NCBI GenBank assembly: GCA_023213395.1
Contig: CM041465.1
Span: forward strand, 204,235,741 to 204,299,740
Direction: 5' to 3'
Source of the DNA: Cycas panzhihuaensis
Taxonomy: Eukaryota; Plantae; Cycadophyta
Length of the DNA stretch: 64,000 bases
The notes beneath the pieces are model-generated. The model had not been told where the DNA came from. It was given only the letters and a program-made list of their open reading frames with translations, and did no database searches. How positions within the stretch are numbered: the first letter of the stretch is position 1; every line of letters starts with the position of its first letter. Positions 1-13,849 of this stretch are shown here, one piece after another. A program made the position numbers and the translations under genes.

Positions 1-587
1 TAAGCTATTTTTTAATGCCGTCAATTTTATTGGGTTCTTCATTTTCACTCAGTCAAAACAACTGGCTATACTCACATATTGGGCTTGCTTTTTAAAGTGC
101 ATTTACTGTTTTAAAGTTATAAGAATTTTGCCATAACAAATTATGTATTAAAGATGATTTAGACCTTCTTGTATTGTTTAGCCCATAACTTTATCATAAA
201 GTGTCAAATTTAGGTCTCGTTTAAGGCATAAGATTTCTAATTTAATTATCTATAAAGTAAGTAGTTATTTTAGCATATTTTATGTATCTTTTTATGTTTA
301 AAGTTGATGTAAGCTTTTAAGGCTTCTTACGAATTAACCCTATAAACAAAACTTTACACAAACTCCTCTTTATAATATCAAATTAATATAAAAATATTTA
401 TTTTGGAAGTGGTTAAGTCATAATTAGGACACTTGTTCATGTCCCAAAGTTGAAAAGGGACTATTTATCTTAAGCTTAAGTGATCTTTTATCCCCATTTA
501 ATGCCTCTTACTCCATTTTATTTCAAGCACACTTACCCCTTTATCATTAAGCACCTTTACACTTTTAACTAGTTTATTTTCTTCATC

Positions 588-3072
588 ATGACTTCTAGTG
601 TCAACAATGTAATGGTGCCTAATTTTAATGGCATTAATTTTAAAAATTAGACTAGAAGAATGAATCTAACCTTTATATTCAAAGATATATGGGATTTAAT
701 TATAAATACCTATAGTCCACTTGATCCTAATATTATTACAAATGAGAAGAATATCTTATAAGAGAATAAAAAGAAGGATAATGAGGCTTTGGCATTCATC
801 TTCTATACTTTGGAGGACTATGTCTTCCTAAGTATAATTGAGGCAACTATACCAAAGGAGGCATAAGACTTATTAAAGACTACCTACAAAGGACATGCTA
901 CAAGGAAACTACAAACTATGAGAAGAAGATTCAAAATCTATTACATAAATAATAATAAAGGGGCTAATAATTTCATAACCAAAATATAAGATCTAGTTAA
1001 TCAAATGATGTCCTTATGAGAAGATCTTAATGAATAAAGAGTTGTGGAAAAGATTCTAAGAAGTGTAGGTGAAATTATGAGATTTAAAATGGTAGTCTCT
1101 ATCATTGAAGTTTCTAACGACCTTACTATACTTAAGGTACATTAACTTAGTGGCATATTGTTAATTATTGAAGAAAAGAAAAATAGCAATAAGTCCTTGG
1201 AGCATACATTTGTCACTAAAATAAATATTAGGATATTTTATGAAGGGCAAAGTTCTACAAAAAGAGGTCAATCCCTAGAGGTTTAAAACAATATGGTAGG
1301 GACAAAACTATAGGAACTAAGGATAATTTCATTAAGGACAAGCTTATGGAGATCAAGGCTAATTTAATCAAGGGTAGGGATGAAGTTTTACAAATCAAAG
1401 GCAAGATTATAAACCTTAAAACTATAAAGGTAAAGGATAAAGTCTAAGAGTGAGAAACTAAGGACAAAGAGGAATAGGCCCTAGAAGAGAGGAAGAGGAA
1501 GAGGAATAACATAATGTTCTTTTTATAATATAAGTGGATACTTAGAAAATAATTACTTTTTAAAAAAGTTGAACATGCAAAACAGAGCTATAAATATAAT
1601 AATTAAAGAACCAAGAGAAAAAAAAAATATTAATTCTAATGGCTAATAAAGAAGAAGATAGCATAATGACTCAAGTTACTCTACACACATGACTTATAGG
1701 AAAGAATAGCTTAAGGAGTTGGACAATCCTCAAACAAGCAAAATAATATTTGGAGATAATACTACTCAAATAGTAATAGATAAAGGGGATGTACCTATGC
1801 AAATAGAATTTAAAGAAACTAAGTACATCAATGATGTACTTTATGTCCTCGCACTGAAAAATAACTTGCTATTAATTGGATAAATTATGGAATAAAAATA
1901 TAAAATTATCTTTGATGATAGGGGGTACATAATTAGGGATAAGTTAAAAAATGAAGTAATAATTACTAAGGGTTAAATGACAAGCAACAGGTTGTTCAAG
2001 TTAATTATACCCCTAAATGACTATTATGCCTTTGAGGCATCGATTAATGTAGATAGTGAGACATGGCATCAAAGATTTGACCATGTGAATTATAATGACT
2101 TAGCATTAATAAATAAGATAGAAACAATGATTGGTCTACCCAATATTAAACATAATAAAGAGGTTTACAATGGATGTATACTATGCAAATAATAAATGAA
2201 AGGATTCCTAAATGACAGCTATAGAGTAAATGGGTCACTTCAACTAGTATACACAGATTTATGTGGACCAATAGATATAACATCCCTTAGAGGTACTAGA
2301 TACTTCATGACATTTATTGATAACTTCACAAGAATGGCTTGGGTATATTTTTTCAAGCTTAAATTAGAAGTATTCTAATGCTTTATTGACTTTAAGGTGA
2401 TGATTAAGACGCAAAGTAGCCATAAAATCTTAACCCTTAAATTAGATAATGAGAGAGAATTAATTTCTAATAAATTCAAGTATTATTATAAGTATTATGG
2501 AATAGAGAAATAATTAACTAATCCTTATACCCCTCAATAAAAAGGGGCAATAAAAAGGGAAAACAAGATAATTATTAAGATAGTAAGGAGTATGCTTAGG
2601 GATAATCATCTTAGCAATGACTTTTGGGAAGAAGTTATTTATATAGTTATTTACTTATTGAATAAATATACAATAAAGGCAATCAGTTGGATCAAACTTG
2701 AAGAGGCTTGGATAAGGCATAAGTTTAACATCAAATACTTAAGGGTATTTAGGTATATAACATGTACACATATTATAAAATAAAAAAAGACCAAGTTGAA
2801 TGACAAAGGCGCTAAGTGCATATTTATAGGATATGATGATACATCAAGATCCTATAAATTATATGATACTAAGCCTAAAAGGATCATCATGAGTAAGGAT
2901 GTCATCTTCAATGAAGATAGATTTTATCAAGAAGATATTATTAAAATAGTTAAAGGCAAGAGTATAATAGTTAATATGGAACTTAACTCAAATGGTACAA
3001 ATGTGCCTATGTCAATTAATACAAGTGGAGTAGGGCCATCTACTTTAAATTTAAAAATTCTAAAATGGGTGC
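588..3072 (+). pseudogene. Copia gag-protease-integrase (5' part of polyprotein), many stops
   Basis: ATG at 588. ORF fragments 1977-2192, 2196-2378, 2592-2783 and 2796-3095 carry copia integrase motifs. Confidence 0.9.
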
Positions 3073-6000
3073 TATTTCCTGGCTACCGGGAATAGACATG
3101 GGCGAGTCGACTTAGGTAAGTACATGTATGCTTCTATCCCTACACTTGTTAGTTTTTAAAAAGGTAGGTTGAGGCACTTCACCTACATTACATGATGATT
3201 GATTCACTGTATGACCACTATGCATCCATTGCTTAACCACACTGCATCTCTGCACCTTTTCAACCTATGATGATCTAGCGATACATATCCCATGGTGCTC
3301 CACAACCCTCCTCCTTACCTCCATAATGTTCCCAAGTACCATTTGGCTTCTGTAGCCCAATCACATCACCTGTCGGTGCATCATGACCCTTGGCACCTGG
3401 CCTAGGCTTGGTTGTCAACCTACGTCCATTTGTCGTCCTTTTAGAGAATCTTTCGCCTTTATTACTTGTCTGTCGTGGCCTCCCTAAGCCCCATAACTCC
3501 TTCCTTCCACCTGGATAGAGTACTTTGCTTCTCTGGGCCTGAGTTTCTCCTCTTTTGGAGCTTCTGGGCTCCTCTTCCCTTGCTTTTCCCTTTGTTTCTA
3601 CCGCACTGCATTAAACTTCGTGGTACCACTGCAAACTTCACTAAGATCGTTAAGTTTATCATGGGCATCGTCCACGCTGATTATTTTTTAAAATTTTCCA
3701 CAGTTAATTTCGTATTTATTACAAAATTACCACATGGAAGTGACTTGTTTCTTGCCTAGGCAGAACCCTAATTTCTCAATTGAGTTAGGGTTGGGTTTGA
3801 AAACCCAAAAAAACCCTTATTTCATCTCTCTCTCACTCATCTTTTCCACTACTTCTTTCAAAAATGCCTTGCAAATAGGACCAAGTCTACTACATCTACT
3901 TCTTAGCCAGCTACCAGCCTCTTATAGCTCTAGACACATAGTTGTAGGCCTGTAGTATGGCCAGCCAAGAGAAGATTATGCTCCAAATGCTCCATCAAGT
4001 TCCAACTACCTTTCTTGCTCCAATTTTCTTCCTGCTTGTTGCACTATTAGGTTTTTTTCCTGCAAACCCCATAGGGCTTACTCCTTCATTCAATTTCATA
4101 GGTAGATGTTCCTCAAATCCTCCTATAACAGGTAAATCCTAGTCAATCCTTTGCTTTCTTTTCTTTGAGCAACATAAATACTACTTGCCAATACTTTTTT
4201 GCAGCAACTTTTTTCTTTCTTTCTATTGCAAATGGGAGACAAACCCTCCCCTTTCGCCTATTTGTTGTTTCTTTTAATTCCTTCCTAGTTTCTTCAAGAA
4301 GATAGCAAGGGAGAGGAACCTATGGAGAGTGAAAGGAGCTAAAGGTGGGGTCCTTCACCCAACAAGCCTTCTCCTCAAGGGAAATCCCCTTCTCTCCTCA
4401 ACTCTCCCTTCTTTATACCTCCCTTAAGTCCCCAAGGGGCCATTGGAAGATAGACCATTGCTGGCAGCAGCATAGGTAGCCCATTACTGCTCTTGCCACT
4501 AGCCCAGTAGATCCTACATGGGTGGGGTTTCAACCCCTACTCCATATTCTCTTGTCCCTTGGTTCTAAACTTTTGCGAAACTCGCAAATGTTGTGTGTTG
4601 TAACTTCTACGATCTTAGAAATGTTTATAACATTTCTTGCTGTCATTGCTTGTATTCTTAGAAGCTGGTTTGCATTCATTTCCCCTTTTTATCCTAGTAC
4701 TTAGGGGTAGCGTGGAGCACCTTTGATGTAGAGGGTTAGCCATTCTGAGGCTAACCACCCTTCCTCTTTCTCTCTCCCCCCTTTTCCCATATTACATACC
4801 AAATAACATACGAAGCATAAGGAGTGATATTAGTGTTGAATATATTTCTTCTAATTAAGATAGTTGTATCCTGTCACTTTCTAAATTACATATATGTCTT
4901 GTATATGTTTGGTGCCCCTTGGGAAAGGGAGAACCTTATTGGTTGCAGGTTTTCTTTTACACTTGGAGGAAAAAGGGGACTTCATCCCAGGTATGTTTCC
5001 TTTTCTTTCAATAGTTACTTTCTTTTTCTCTCAAAGTTGTAAAGTGGAGTTGCAATAGTTTTTATATTTCCTTACATTACATTTATTTTTTCCTTTTTGA
5101 TTTCGAAAAAGGTAAGGAAGCCCCCCTTCTTTGTCGGCACTCCTTCTATCATGCCATTCGTGGTTAGGAGAAGGGTGAAGATCGCAAGCATGGTGAGGGA
5201 AGCACTACTTCAACCATCATATTTCAGGTATGCATCCCTTGTTTTAGCCTTCTTCTCCTTGTCTCTTTTCCCCCTCTTTTGAATACCATTTGGGTAAAAA
5301 GGGAAGAAAAATATTGGTTTGGATCTCTTGCACTTCACTTGCTTGTTTTTTTGCAAAGCTTATATAGTGGAAATCTAGGCACTTGCATGTGTATACCCCT
5401 CCCATTTTATTGCATTGTCACCTAGTAACTTTACACCCTTTTGCATGAGCTTCATGTCACATAGTGATCTCTTTGATCTCCCTACTTTTCATTTAAAAAG
5501 ATAAAGAGAGTGAGGTTGCATGCATAAGTAAACAAGAGAGAGAGATTTGCATTACTTTGTTGTCTCTGAAAGTGATTCCTTTAAGCATAAACATATGACA
5601 TTACCCTAAAATACCATACTCTCACCTTGCGTTTCTTAACCATATACAAAACAAAGACAAACACAAAGACAACCATTCTTGTTGACTCGTCACTCCTAGA
5701 ATCCTCTTTAGGTTTGGCCCCTTAAGAGTACCTCCTCTCAAGGTCGTTTGCTTTATCTTTCTTATTTCTCTAGGCTGGACTTCCCGAGTTTGGCCTTTAG
5801 GTCAACGTCTAGCTTATAAAACTAGCCATCATTTTAACCACTCACGTTATAAGATGCCTTAGGCTTACGTGTGTGTTCTTTCCCTTTTCTTATTAAGGAT
5901 CATCCCTATCATAACCTCTTCATACAATGAGCCATTCCCTCATCTCTTTCCTCCCTCCTTCGGCCATCCAAGGACAGGAGGGCCTCTTTTGAGGTTACTT

Positions 6001-6231
6001 AGTAAACTGAGGAGATCCTTTGTTTATCCACCACTCCAGATCGAGGAAGAGTTATCTCAAAGGAGTTTGTGCGCTATTTGTAGGTCTCAAACCTACGTTC
6101 TGATGCACAGATGCCCTTTGTGAGTGAATCCCTTCACTTATTATGATAGGTCCATAGCCATCTAAAACCATTAGTTGTCTGCCTCGATCTCATTCGAGTG
6201 TAGAAACAGCCCCCCTAGAGGTGCAATTCCA
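3073..6231 (+). repeat. 5' LTR of Tat element (~3.16 kb)
   Basis: Colinear with 20505-23615; begins TATTTCC (TGTTTC in the 3' copy) and ends TTCCA. Sampled 60-nt blocks differ at about 6-7 sites, mostly transitions. Confidence 0.95.
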
Positions 6232-6232
6232 C

Positions 6233-6253
6233 TAGCGACCATACTAGGGACTC
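6233..6253 (+). promoter_or_regulatory. Primer binding site, tRNA-Arg type (degenerate)
   Basis: TAGCGACCATACTAGGGACTC immediately after the 5' LTR resembles TGGCGACCA..CTGGGAC, the complement of a plant tRNA-Arg 3' end as used by Ogre/Tat elements. Confidence 0.7.
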
Positions 6254-7685
6254 ACTAGTAAGGGATTGATCCTCTCTCCCTTCTTGTTGGTGCTACTTCC
6301 TTTCTTATAGCTCTCCTCGATTCATTGGGTGACCCCTAACACTTATCACATTATCTCTTTCCCTTCTAATTTTTAGGGGGAACTTGTATGTGGTGGTTCT
6401 CTCATCGCTTACGAGGCCTTCCTTCTTTGTTAGAAGACTCTTGTTATCATCCCCTTCCTTCGTTGAATTCTGATTTGACCATTGAAGGATTCCCTTCAGA
6501 TTAGAAATATCATGCCTATGCTTCTGTATCTCACGAGCCATCCACCTCCTTCTAAGGGCCCACCCAAGAGGGTGAGGACCCTATCTGTTATCCAGGTGAC
6601 CAAGAACACCTACAAGTCCATCACCTCTCCACTCATGAAGTGGAGGCGTCTTCTCCTTTAGAGTTCCACCACCTTGGTGGTGACTCTCATGAGGATCGTC
6701 CCATGAGGTCTGCCTCATATGAGGACCCTTCCACCTCTTATGATCAAGCCCCCCCCCCCCCCCGCAGATGTTGTGGAAGCCCTTAACCACTACTTCCAAG
6801 TTGTCAGCCTATAATCACATTCTAAGTGGTTCGAGAATATCTTGCGAAGTATTGCGCTTCCTTCTTCCACATCCGCTCTATCTTGTCTATTTTATTTGAC
6901 TCCCTTACCTACAACGAGGGCGTCCCTCGCTTCATCCTTCTCTTCCTATACTCCATGTTCCTTAGGGACCACCAAAGGTATGTCTTCTTCCCAACTTGGG
7001 TTGACAATGCCCCCCTCCAGTCAAACAATTACACCTCTAGTCAAACAACTACACCTCCACCAACCATAGTATATCCACCTCCTTTTAGATTTAGGGGACC
7101 CGCATGCGCCCTTACTTCTAGTCACGTGAGGGCTGCCCCCACATATTCCCAAGCTCAACTTAGGGATCCTTCCCTTTACTTACCTCTAGGTTATGCTTCT
7201 CAATCGTGGGGGCATGGTAAGGGAAACACCCTTCCAATTTATGGAGTGGATCTTTGCATATGTATGGCATTGCGCCACCTACAGGCAGGCCATATGGGCA
7301 AAACCCAGATCTACATCCCTTTGTTCCATCCTCCTACGTCATCTCTCACGTTGTGCCTTTATAAGGAGGGCAAGTCCCCTTCCAAAGCGCCATCTCCCAA
7401 GATCCTTCCAACAAGGGGCATACCCACAAGGGGGATGGGTCCCTCATACCCATCCACTCCTCTACCAATTCATTTGAATGTGGGATTGGTGCCTTCTCAC
7501 CAAACGAGAGGAGGTCAATATCTCCTTTAGAACCAAGTCTCCCAAGGAGGATTTTGGTAAGCTTGCCCACCTCCTCCTCCATCTTTCATCGATCCTATGG
7601 TCTAATCAAGGGCACACCCCTTTATGGATTATAGATCAACACCTCTATCCATTGAGGCGCTAAGAACCAACTTACCGTCTCACCC

Positions 7686-8187
7686 TCCCGAGGTTCCCAA
7701 ATTCAATGGGATCTCTTCGTAGGACCCAATGGAGCATGTCATAAGTTTTTTTATGGCATGCATTGATTATTGGGCATACAACTATATCCTAATGAAACTC
7801 TTCCTACACTCTCTCTAAGGCAATGTCCTTAAATGGTTCTATCGCCTTTTAATACACTCTATTTACTTATTCCAATAACTCATTGACAAATTTGTTAAAT
7901 ATTTTGATGTAGCTCGTCCTTTCGAGAGTGGAATGAAGGCTCTCATGTCTCTTAAACAAGGTCACGATGAGATGAATCATGACTTTGTGAGGCACTTTCA
8001 TAATCTTCTCCACTCCATAAAGGCAACCCTGCTTGAGGAGTTAAAGCAAGATCTCTTTGTTAACGCCCTTTGCCCCGAAGTCCACATTGAAGTCCTCAAA
8101 ATAGAGGCAACAATGTGTGATTCTGCCATAGCCAAGTGCTTGGCGCTTGAGGCCATTGAGATCCAGGTGGGTCTCATAACGACGTGA
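7686..8187 (+). pseudogene. Tat gag (Retrotrans_gag-like), with stops
   Basis: PEVPKFNG..DPMEHV..F; MKLFLHSL.GNVLKWFY; LMSLKQGHDEMNHDFVRHF. Confidence 0.85.
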
Positions 8188-9239
8188 GGTACCTCCACCA
8201 CCTCGCGACGTAAAAGTCCAACAGCCTCCTAGGTCTTCATCTCATCCGACATAGAAGACCTTGGATTACTTAACTTCCACTATATGTTCTTTCGAAGGTA
8301 CCATGAAGAAGCTTAAACTTCAAGCCCCTTCATCACCCACTTCTTACAAACCAGTCACCCACTTACCACAAACTAGTCCACCAAGCTTTTCAATCTGCTC
8401 CCCTCAAGGGTGATAATACTCAATCCTCTCAAACGAGGAAGCTAGATTCCTCCTTAGAGAAGAAGTGGTGTTCCATCTATGGGGAATGCTTCTACGAAGA
8501 TTCACAATGTAGAGCCCAACACCCTAGAGCTGCCCCACAACATGACTCTTCCCCCAAATGGGCATCTAGGCCCAACCTAGACCAACCCATCCACAAGGAT
8601 CCTTTCCCTAAACATGGGGAAAGTGATCGCAATACCCATCAAAAGGGTAATCGAAACAGAGGAAGGTCCCCAAACCCTCGCCCTTCACAAGCTAAAGGGA
8701 AGCGTGTAAGGAACTCTTCCTCTTTTTCCAATTCTCCTAACTGTCAAACTCCTTCCCCCTCTCGTTCCCAAAATAAAGGAAAGGGGGTCATTCAAATGCT
8801 TGAGACCATGTCGTTATATGTCTTAACCCAGTCCCAAGTAGCTAAAGAGGTAATCGATGCCTCTTCCTCCACTTCTCACATTGATCCTCCTTTGGAAGTC
8901 CCTCCTTTAGAAATCCTCATGCTTCCTAAGACCATTCTTGTGCACCCCGGTCGTTATGATTTCTGAAGGATGCTTCCCCAACCTACTGCCAAGGGGAAAC
9001 CCTTCTCCATCGTTGATGAGCTTCACACTGTGGCCGCGAGATGTCGATGATGGATGTCTTGAGAAGCTATCATGAGTAATGCACCTTTTTCTTATAGGCT
9101 TTGGATTTAGTTAACGCATTCATTCATGCCTTGGGTATTGCCCCAAGTCATGTACTTGTCATCTCCTTCAACCCCAAAGATCTCCCCCCAGCCAGTGAAA
9201 GGGAACACCAATGGCACTAACCCTTCACTATAACTATAG

Positions 9240-12200
9240 AAACAACCAGATGCATCCTTTGAAGAACCATTGTAGATAATGGTTCTTCTGTTAATGCCAT
9301 GACCTTGTTCATCATACAAGAGCTTGGCATCTCAGCCCCTGAACCAGTTCCATGGCGGTGTCAAGGCTATGATAGTAGCGAAAAGACACCCTTGGGATCG
9401 GTATCTATTCCCCTTACTCTTAAGGATAAAACTATCCTCACCGATATTGTAGTCCTCAATGTGGACGTTGACTATAACCTCTTGTTGGGATACCCATGGG
9501 TTGACTAAATGGGGGTCATGTGCTCATCCCGTTAGGGGCAACTTAAATTCATCCATGAAGGACAAATGAGGGTTAACCCCCAGGAGCCTCCTCCCAGCAA
9601 ACAATCCCGTCAACCTCATCAAGCAGTTTATGACAAGGCAAAGGGTGATAAAGGCCCTTCTACCCTTGCCTCTACTTGTTCTATTGACATTCCTAGTTCA
9701 TCTCACCTGGAAAAAGGTCCTTTCCCTTCTTCCTTAAACCTTATTTGCTTCACCCCTATTGGTGTAGGGACCTATGGGTACCTCGTCGTACTTAGTGACG
9801 ACGAGTCTGACAACGAGGATGAGGACCTCCCTCATCTCATATCCCTCCTAAACATGAGTAGAAGGTACTCTCTTCATTCCAAGCCCCAACATGGAGCCTC
9901 TTCCATCGAGGAGTCTGTTCCTCCTCTTGAGTCGCATGTTTTTGCTCCTACCTCTCATGCGATCTCCCATGTCATCTCGTCTTCCACTTCATTACCTTCC
10001 GTAGGCGATGAGGCGATGGAACCTCTTATCACCCGTCACAAGAGGGTACCCTCTGACTCTTCTGAAGAGTCCCTTGAGTACATCGAGTGGTGGGTCGATC
10101 GCTACGACCCTACCACTCCTTGCACTTCTCACCCCTCGTCTTCTCGAAGCATGCTTATTTATAGGGTAGACCGCTTTAAGGATGATGAGGCCTTGCTTAA
10201 GCATTTAGCACACTTCAAGCCTAATTTCCCTCTTGATCACCATAAACTTGGTCACCAGAAGATCTTATCCATTAGGTCACCTCTGGCTGACCTAAACCCA
10301 TCTTCTTTTTCTTCGCCTCCTCATGTTGACCGAGCCCCCATTCACTTCAAGGAAGGGAATGCTATGTGCATGGGGGCAACCAAGGACATCATCCTTACTC
10401 CCGATAAGGTCATAAGAGTGGGAGTGGAATGCTCTTTTGATGAAATGAAGGAATACACCCTTCTTTTCCAAGAATTCCATGATGTTTCTACATGGGACTA
10501 TTCTGACATGAAGGGAATAGACCCTTCTATCATCACCCATAACCTCACCACCATTCCGGGCACTTGCCCTGTGAAACAAAAGTAGCACCCTCTTCACCCA
10601 AAACTTTTAGGTACTGTGAATATGGAAGTTGAGAAACTCTTAGACACGGGGTTAATCACTTCCATTGATTACCCCAAATGGGTGTCTAACATCATTCCTA
10701 TTACTAAAAAGAGTGGGACGAAGGATAACTTTCCTCTTCCCTTCATCGATCAAATCATTAATCGAACTGTCCGATTTGAAGTCATGTCCCTGATAGACAA
10801 CTTCTCGGGTTACAACCAAATCCAAATCTCCACTGAAGACTATCACAAGATGACCTTCACCATGCCTTGGGGCACCTTCGCTTACAATGTGATATCCTTT
10901 GGGCTTAAGAACGCAGGTGCCACTTATCAAAGGGCGATGTAATTTGTCTTTCACAACCTTATTAACAAAACTCTTGAGGTTTTTATGGATGACATGATGG
11001 GCCTTTTGCACATAAGGGCCAATTATCCTAGTGATTTGTAGGCCATCTTCATACGATGCTGCAAATACCATGCAAGCCTAAACCCCCTTAAATGCGCATT
11101 TGCCCTGACAATTGGTAAGCTCCTTAGATTCCTCATTTCGAAACAAGGTATCTAAATTGACCCCAACAAAGTCAAGGCCACCCTTGTCATGCCTCCTCCT
11201 AAGACCCAACGATAAATTAAGTCATTCTTGAGTAGGTTAGGCTTCCTTAGGTGTTTCATAGTGAATTTTTCGATAAATGCCAAACCCCACACCAACCTAT
11301 TGAAGAAAGGGGCCCCATTTGTTTGGTCTCCAAATGCCCAACAAGCCTTCAAGGAGCTCAAGAGAGCTCTTGCTCCTGCTCCAACTTTGGCACCCCTTGT
11401 CTTTAATAGACCCTTCATCCTCTATACCTCGGCCACTGATGAATCCTTGGGCACCATGCTTGCCCAAGAGGATGACTCGGGAACCGAGAGAGCTATTTAT
11501 TTCATCAGTTGCACCCTAGTGGCTTCTGAACTTAACTACTCCCCTGTAGAGAAGGAGTGCCTCTCCTTGGTGGATGCTACCAAGAAGTTCAAGTACTACT
11601 TGCTCAGAAATACTACTCGAGTGATCATCCAATCTGATCCCTTGAGGTATTTGCTAACTCGATCTGACCTGACAGGTTGGACTGGCAAGTAGGTCATCCT
11701 CCTCTAGGAATTTGATCTTTAAATCATTAACAGGAAATTGAAGAAAGGGATGGCCGTCATCAAGTAACTCGCCAACACCCCCATCCCAAATTCTTCTAAT
11801 GCTCTTATCAATGATTCCTTGCCTGATGAGCCTATTTTGGCTATTCAAGATTCCCATCCCCATCTATTAGCTAACGGTGATTGGTATAGGGATATTGTAT
11901 GATACCTCATTGAGCAGCAGTATCATCCCGATGTAAGTGACAAGGTTAGGTCACGTATTTGGGCTATTGCCAGGTATTATTTCCTCATGGGAGAGGTATT
12001 TTATAAGAGATCTTTTGATGAGATCCTTCTCCGCTGTGTTAACCCCAATGAGGCGGGCCAAATACTTTGCGAATGCCATAACAACATTTGTAGGGGTCAT
12101 TTTGGGGGCCAATCCATGGCCCAAAGGATCCTTCGTATGGGGTATTATTGGCCATCCCTCTTTAAGGATGCCCACACCTATGCCCTGCGATGTCATTGGT

Positions 12201-13126
12201 GTCAAGAGCATGCCAATGTCGTCCATCTGCCTTTTGAGGTCTTACACCCTGTCATATCTCCATGGCCTTTCTCTCAATGGGGATTAGACCTCATTGGGGC
12301 CATAGCTCCTCCTTCCTTATCACAACACAAGTTCATCTTGACCATGACAGAATACTTCACTTAATGGGCCAAAGTGGTCCCTCTATCCTCTACTCCTGGC
12401 AAAATGATAGCCACCTTTATCTACCAGCATATCATTTATCAATTCGTGGTCCTTGACATCTCGATCACGGACAATGGAACTCCCTTTTATAATAAGGAAA
12501 TGGATGAACTTTGTAAGAAATTTAAGATATCTCACAAAACCTCCTCTCCTTATTACCCCCAGGCCAATGGCTAAATAAAATATTTTAACAAAACCCTCAT
12601 AAATATCCTGAAGAAAACCATTACCCAATCTAAAAATGATTGGCACCTTCAACTTCCTTCTGTCCTATGGGCGTATCACACATCCATTCATACAACTATG
12701 GGAATGACACTATTCTCCCTTATGTATAGAACTGAGGCGGTTCTCCCATTGGAAGTTAAGATCCCTTCCTTGCAAGTTTCCCTTCGGGGTTTTATTGACG
12801 AGGAATCCTGCCATCGAGCCCGTCTCCTAGATCTCGAAGCCCTAGATTAGAAATGCTTGATTGCCTAATCAGCGAATCTCACCTCTAAGGCTAGGGCATA
12901 GAAGATGTATGACAAATGCCTTCGCCATCGCCCCTTGTATCCTAGGGACCATATCCTCAAGCTTGAATACCTTCATGATCACTTATCCAAATTTGGACCT
13001 AAATGGATTGGTCCTTTCTTCGTTCTCGAAAGCCTTAATAAAGACGCCTACATGATTGCAACCCTGGAGGGCCTCAAATTTGAGAAAGATGTCAATGGTA
13101 AGTTCCTTAAGAAATTCTACGTATGA
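9240..13126 (+). pseudogene. Tat pol: protease, RT, RNase H, integrase; stops, frameshifts and a deletion
   Basis: PR VDNGSSVN and YNLLLGYPW; RT KDNFPLPFIDQ, FSGYNQI, FGLKNAGATYQRAM, FMDD; RH NYSPVEKECL; INT H-H-C-C, WGLDLIG, ITDNGTPF, YPQANG, GPKWIGPF, VNGKFLKKFYV*. Confidence 0.93.
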
Positions 13127-13849
13127 CTGTCCTTACTCTTGAGTAGGCTAGGCACCTCGATGCCCTTTTTCCTCACTCTGAAATAAGCCTAAACTACCAC
13201 TCTACGCGCGTCCTCATCCACCTAAATCACCAGTGGAATGACGGTTTAGGGTGGCTTTCCTGCCTCTACATTTTGTCCTATGGCATCTGGTGTTTCCCTC
13301 CCGAGGGAAGCCTTTCCTCCTTGTTGGACGTATTGGTTTCTGTCACTCCTGAGCACGGAAATGCACTCCAACCAGGATTGCATGCTTGAGTACACGTACT
13401 CACTCTCTCTCGTCGACACTTCCTTTGTATATCCTGCTATGCTCCTTGGATGGACATGCATGACTCTCCATCTCTTAATCTCATATGTGCCTACCACCTA
13501 TACTTATGGTGGTCATGTATGCCCGCTATGAGTATGGCCCTGCATGAAAAGAAGTATGAGCGGCACCCAAATAATCCAGCAACAAAAACCATATAACAAT
13601 CAACCAAAATCATCATAATCTATAACTGCTCATACACTTGTGCATCTATGTCCACATATATATAAACATATAAACAACAAATGCAATGTCATACACCATC
13701 ATAACACCATCATCATGGATCAAATGGCGTGCCAATAGGCCCTAATCTATATACATAAATAATCATATCATACAAATAATATAGTACATCATCTGCAGGA
13801 AATTGGAATCCTTGCAGGGAGGAGTACAATCATGTGGTAACATATGGTG

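Noticed and set aside
3462-6123. Short ORFs in the Tat LTRs (also 20824-23475) and in the solo LTRs
   Set aside because: They recur only because the LTR is duplicated; stops differ between copies and no domains are recognisable.
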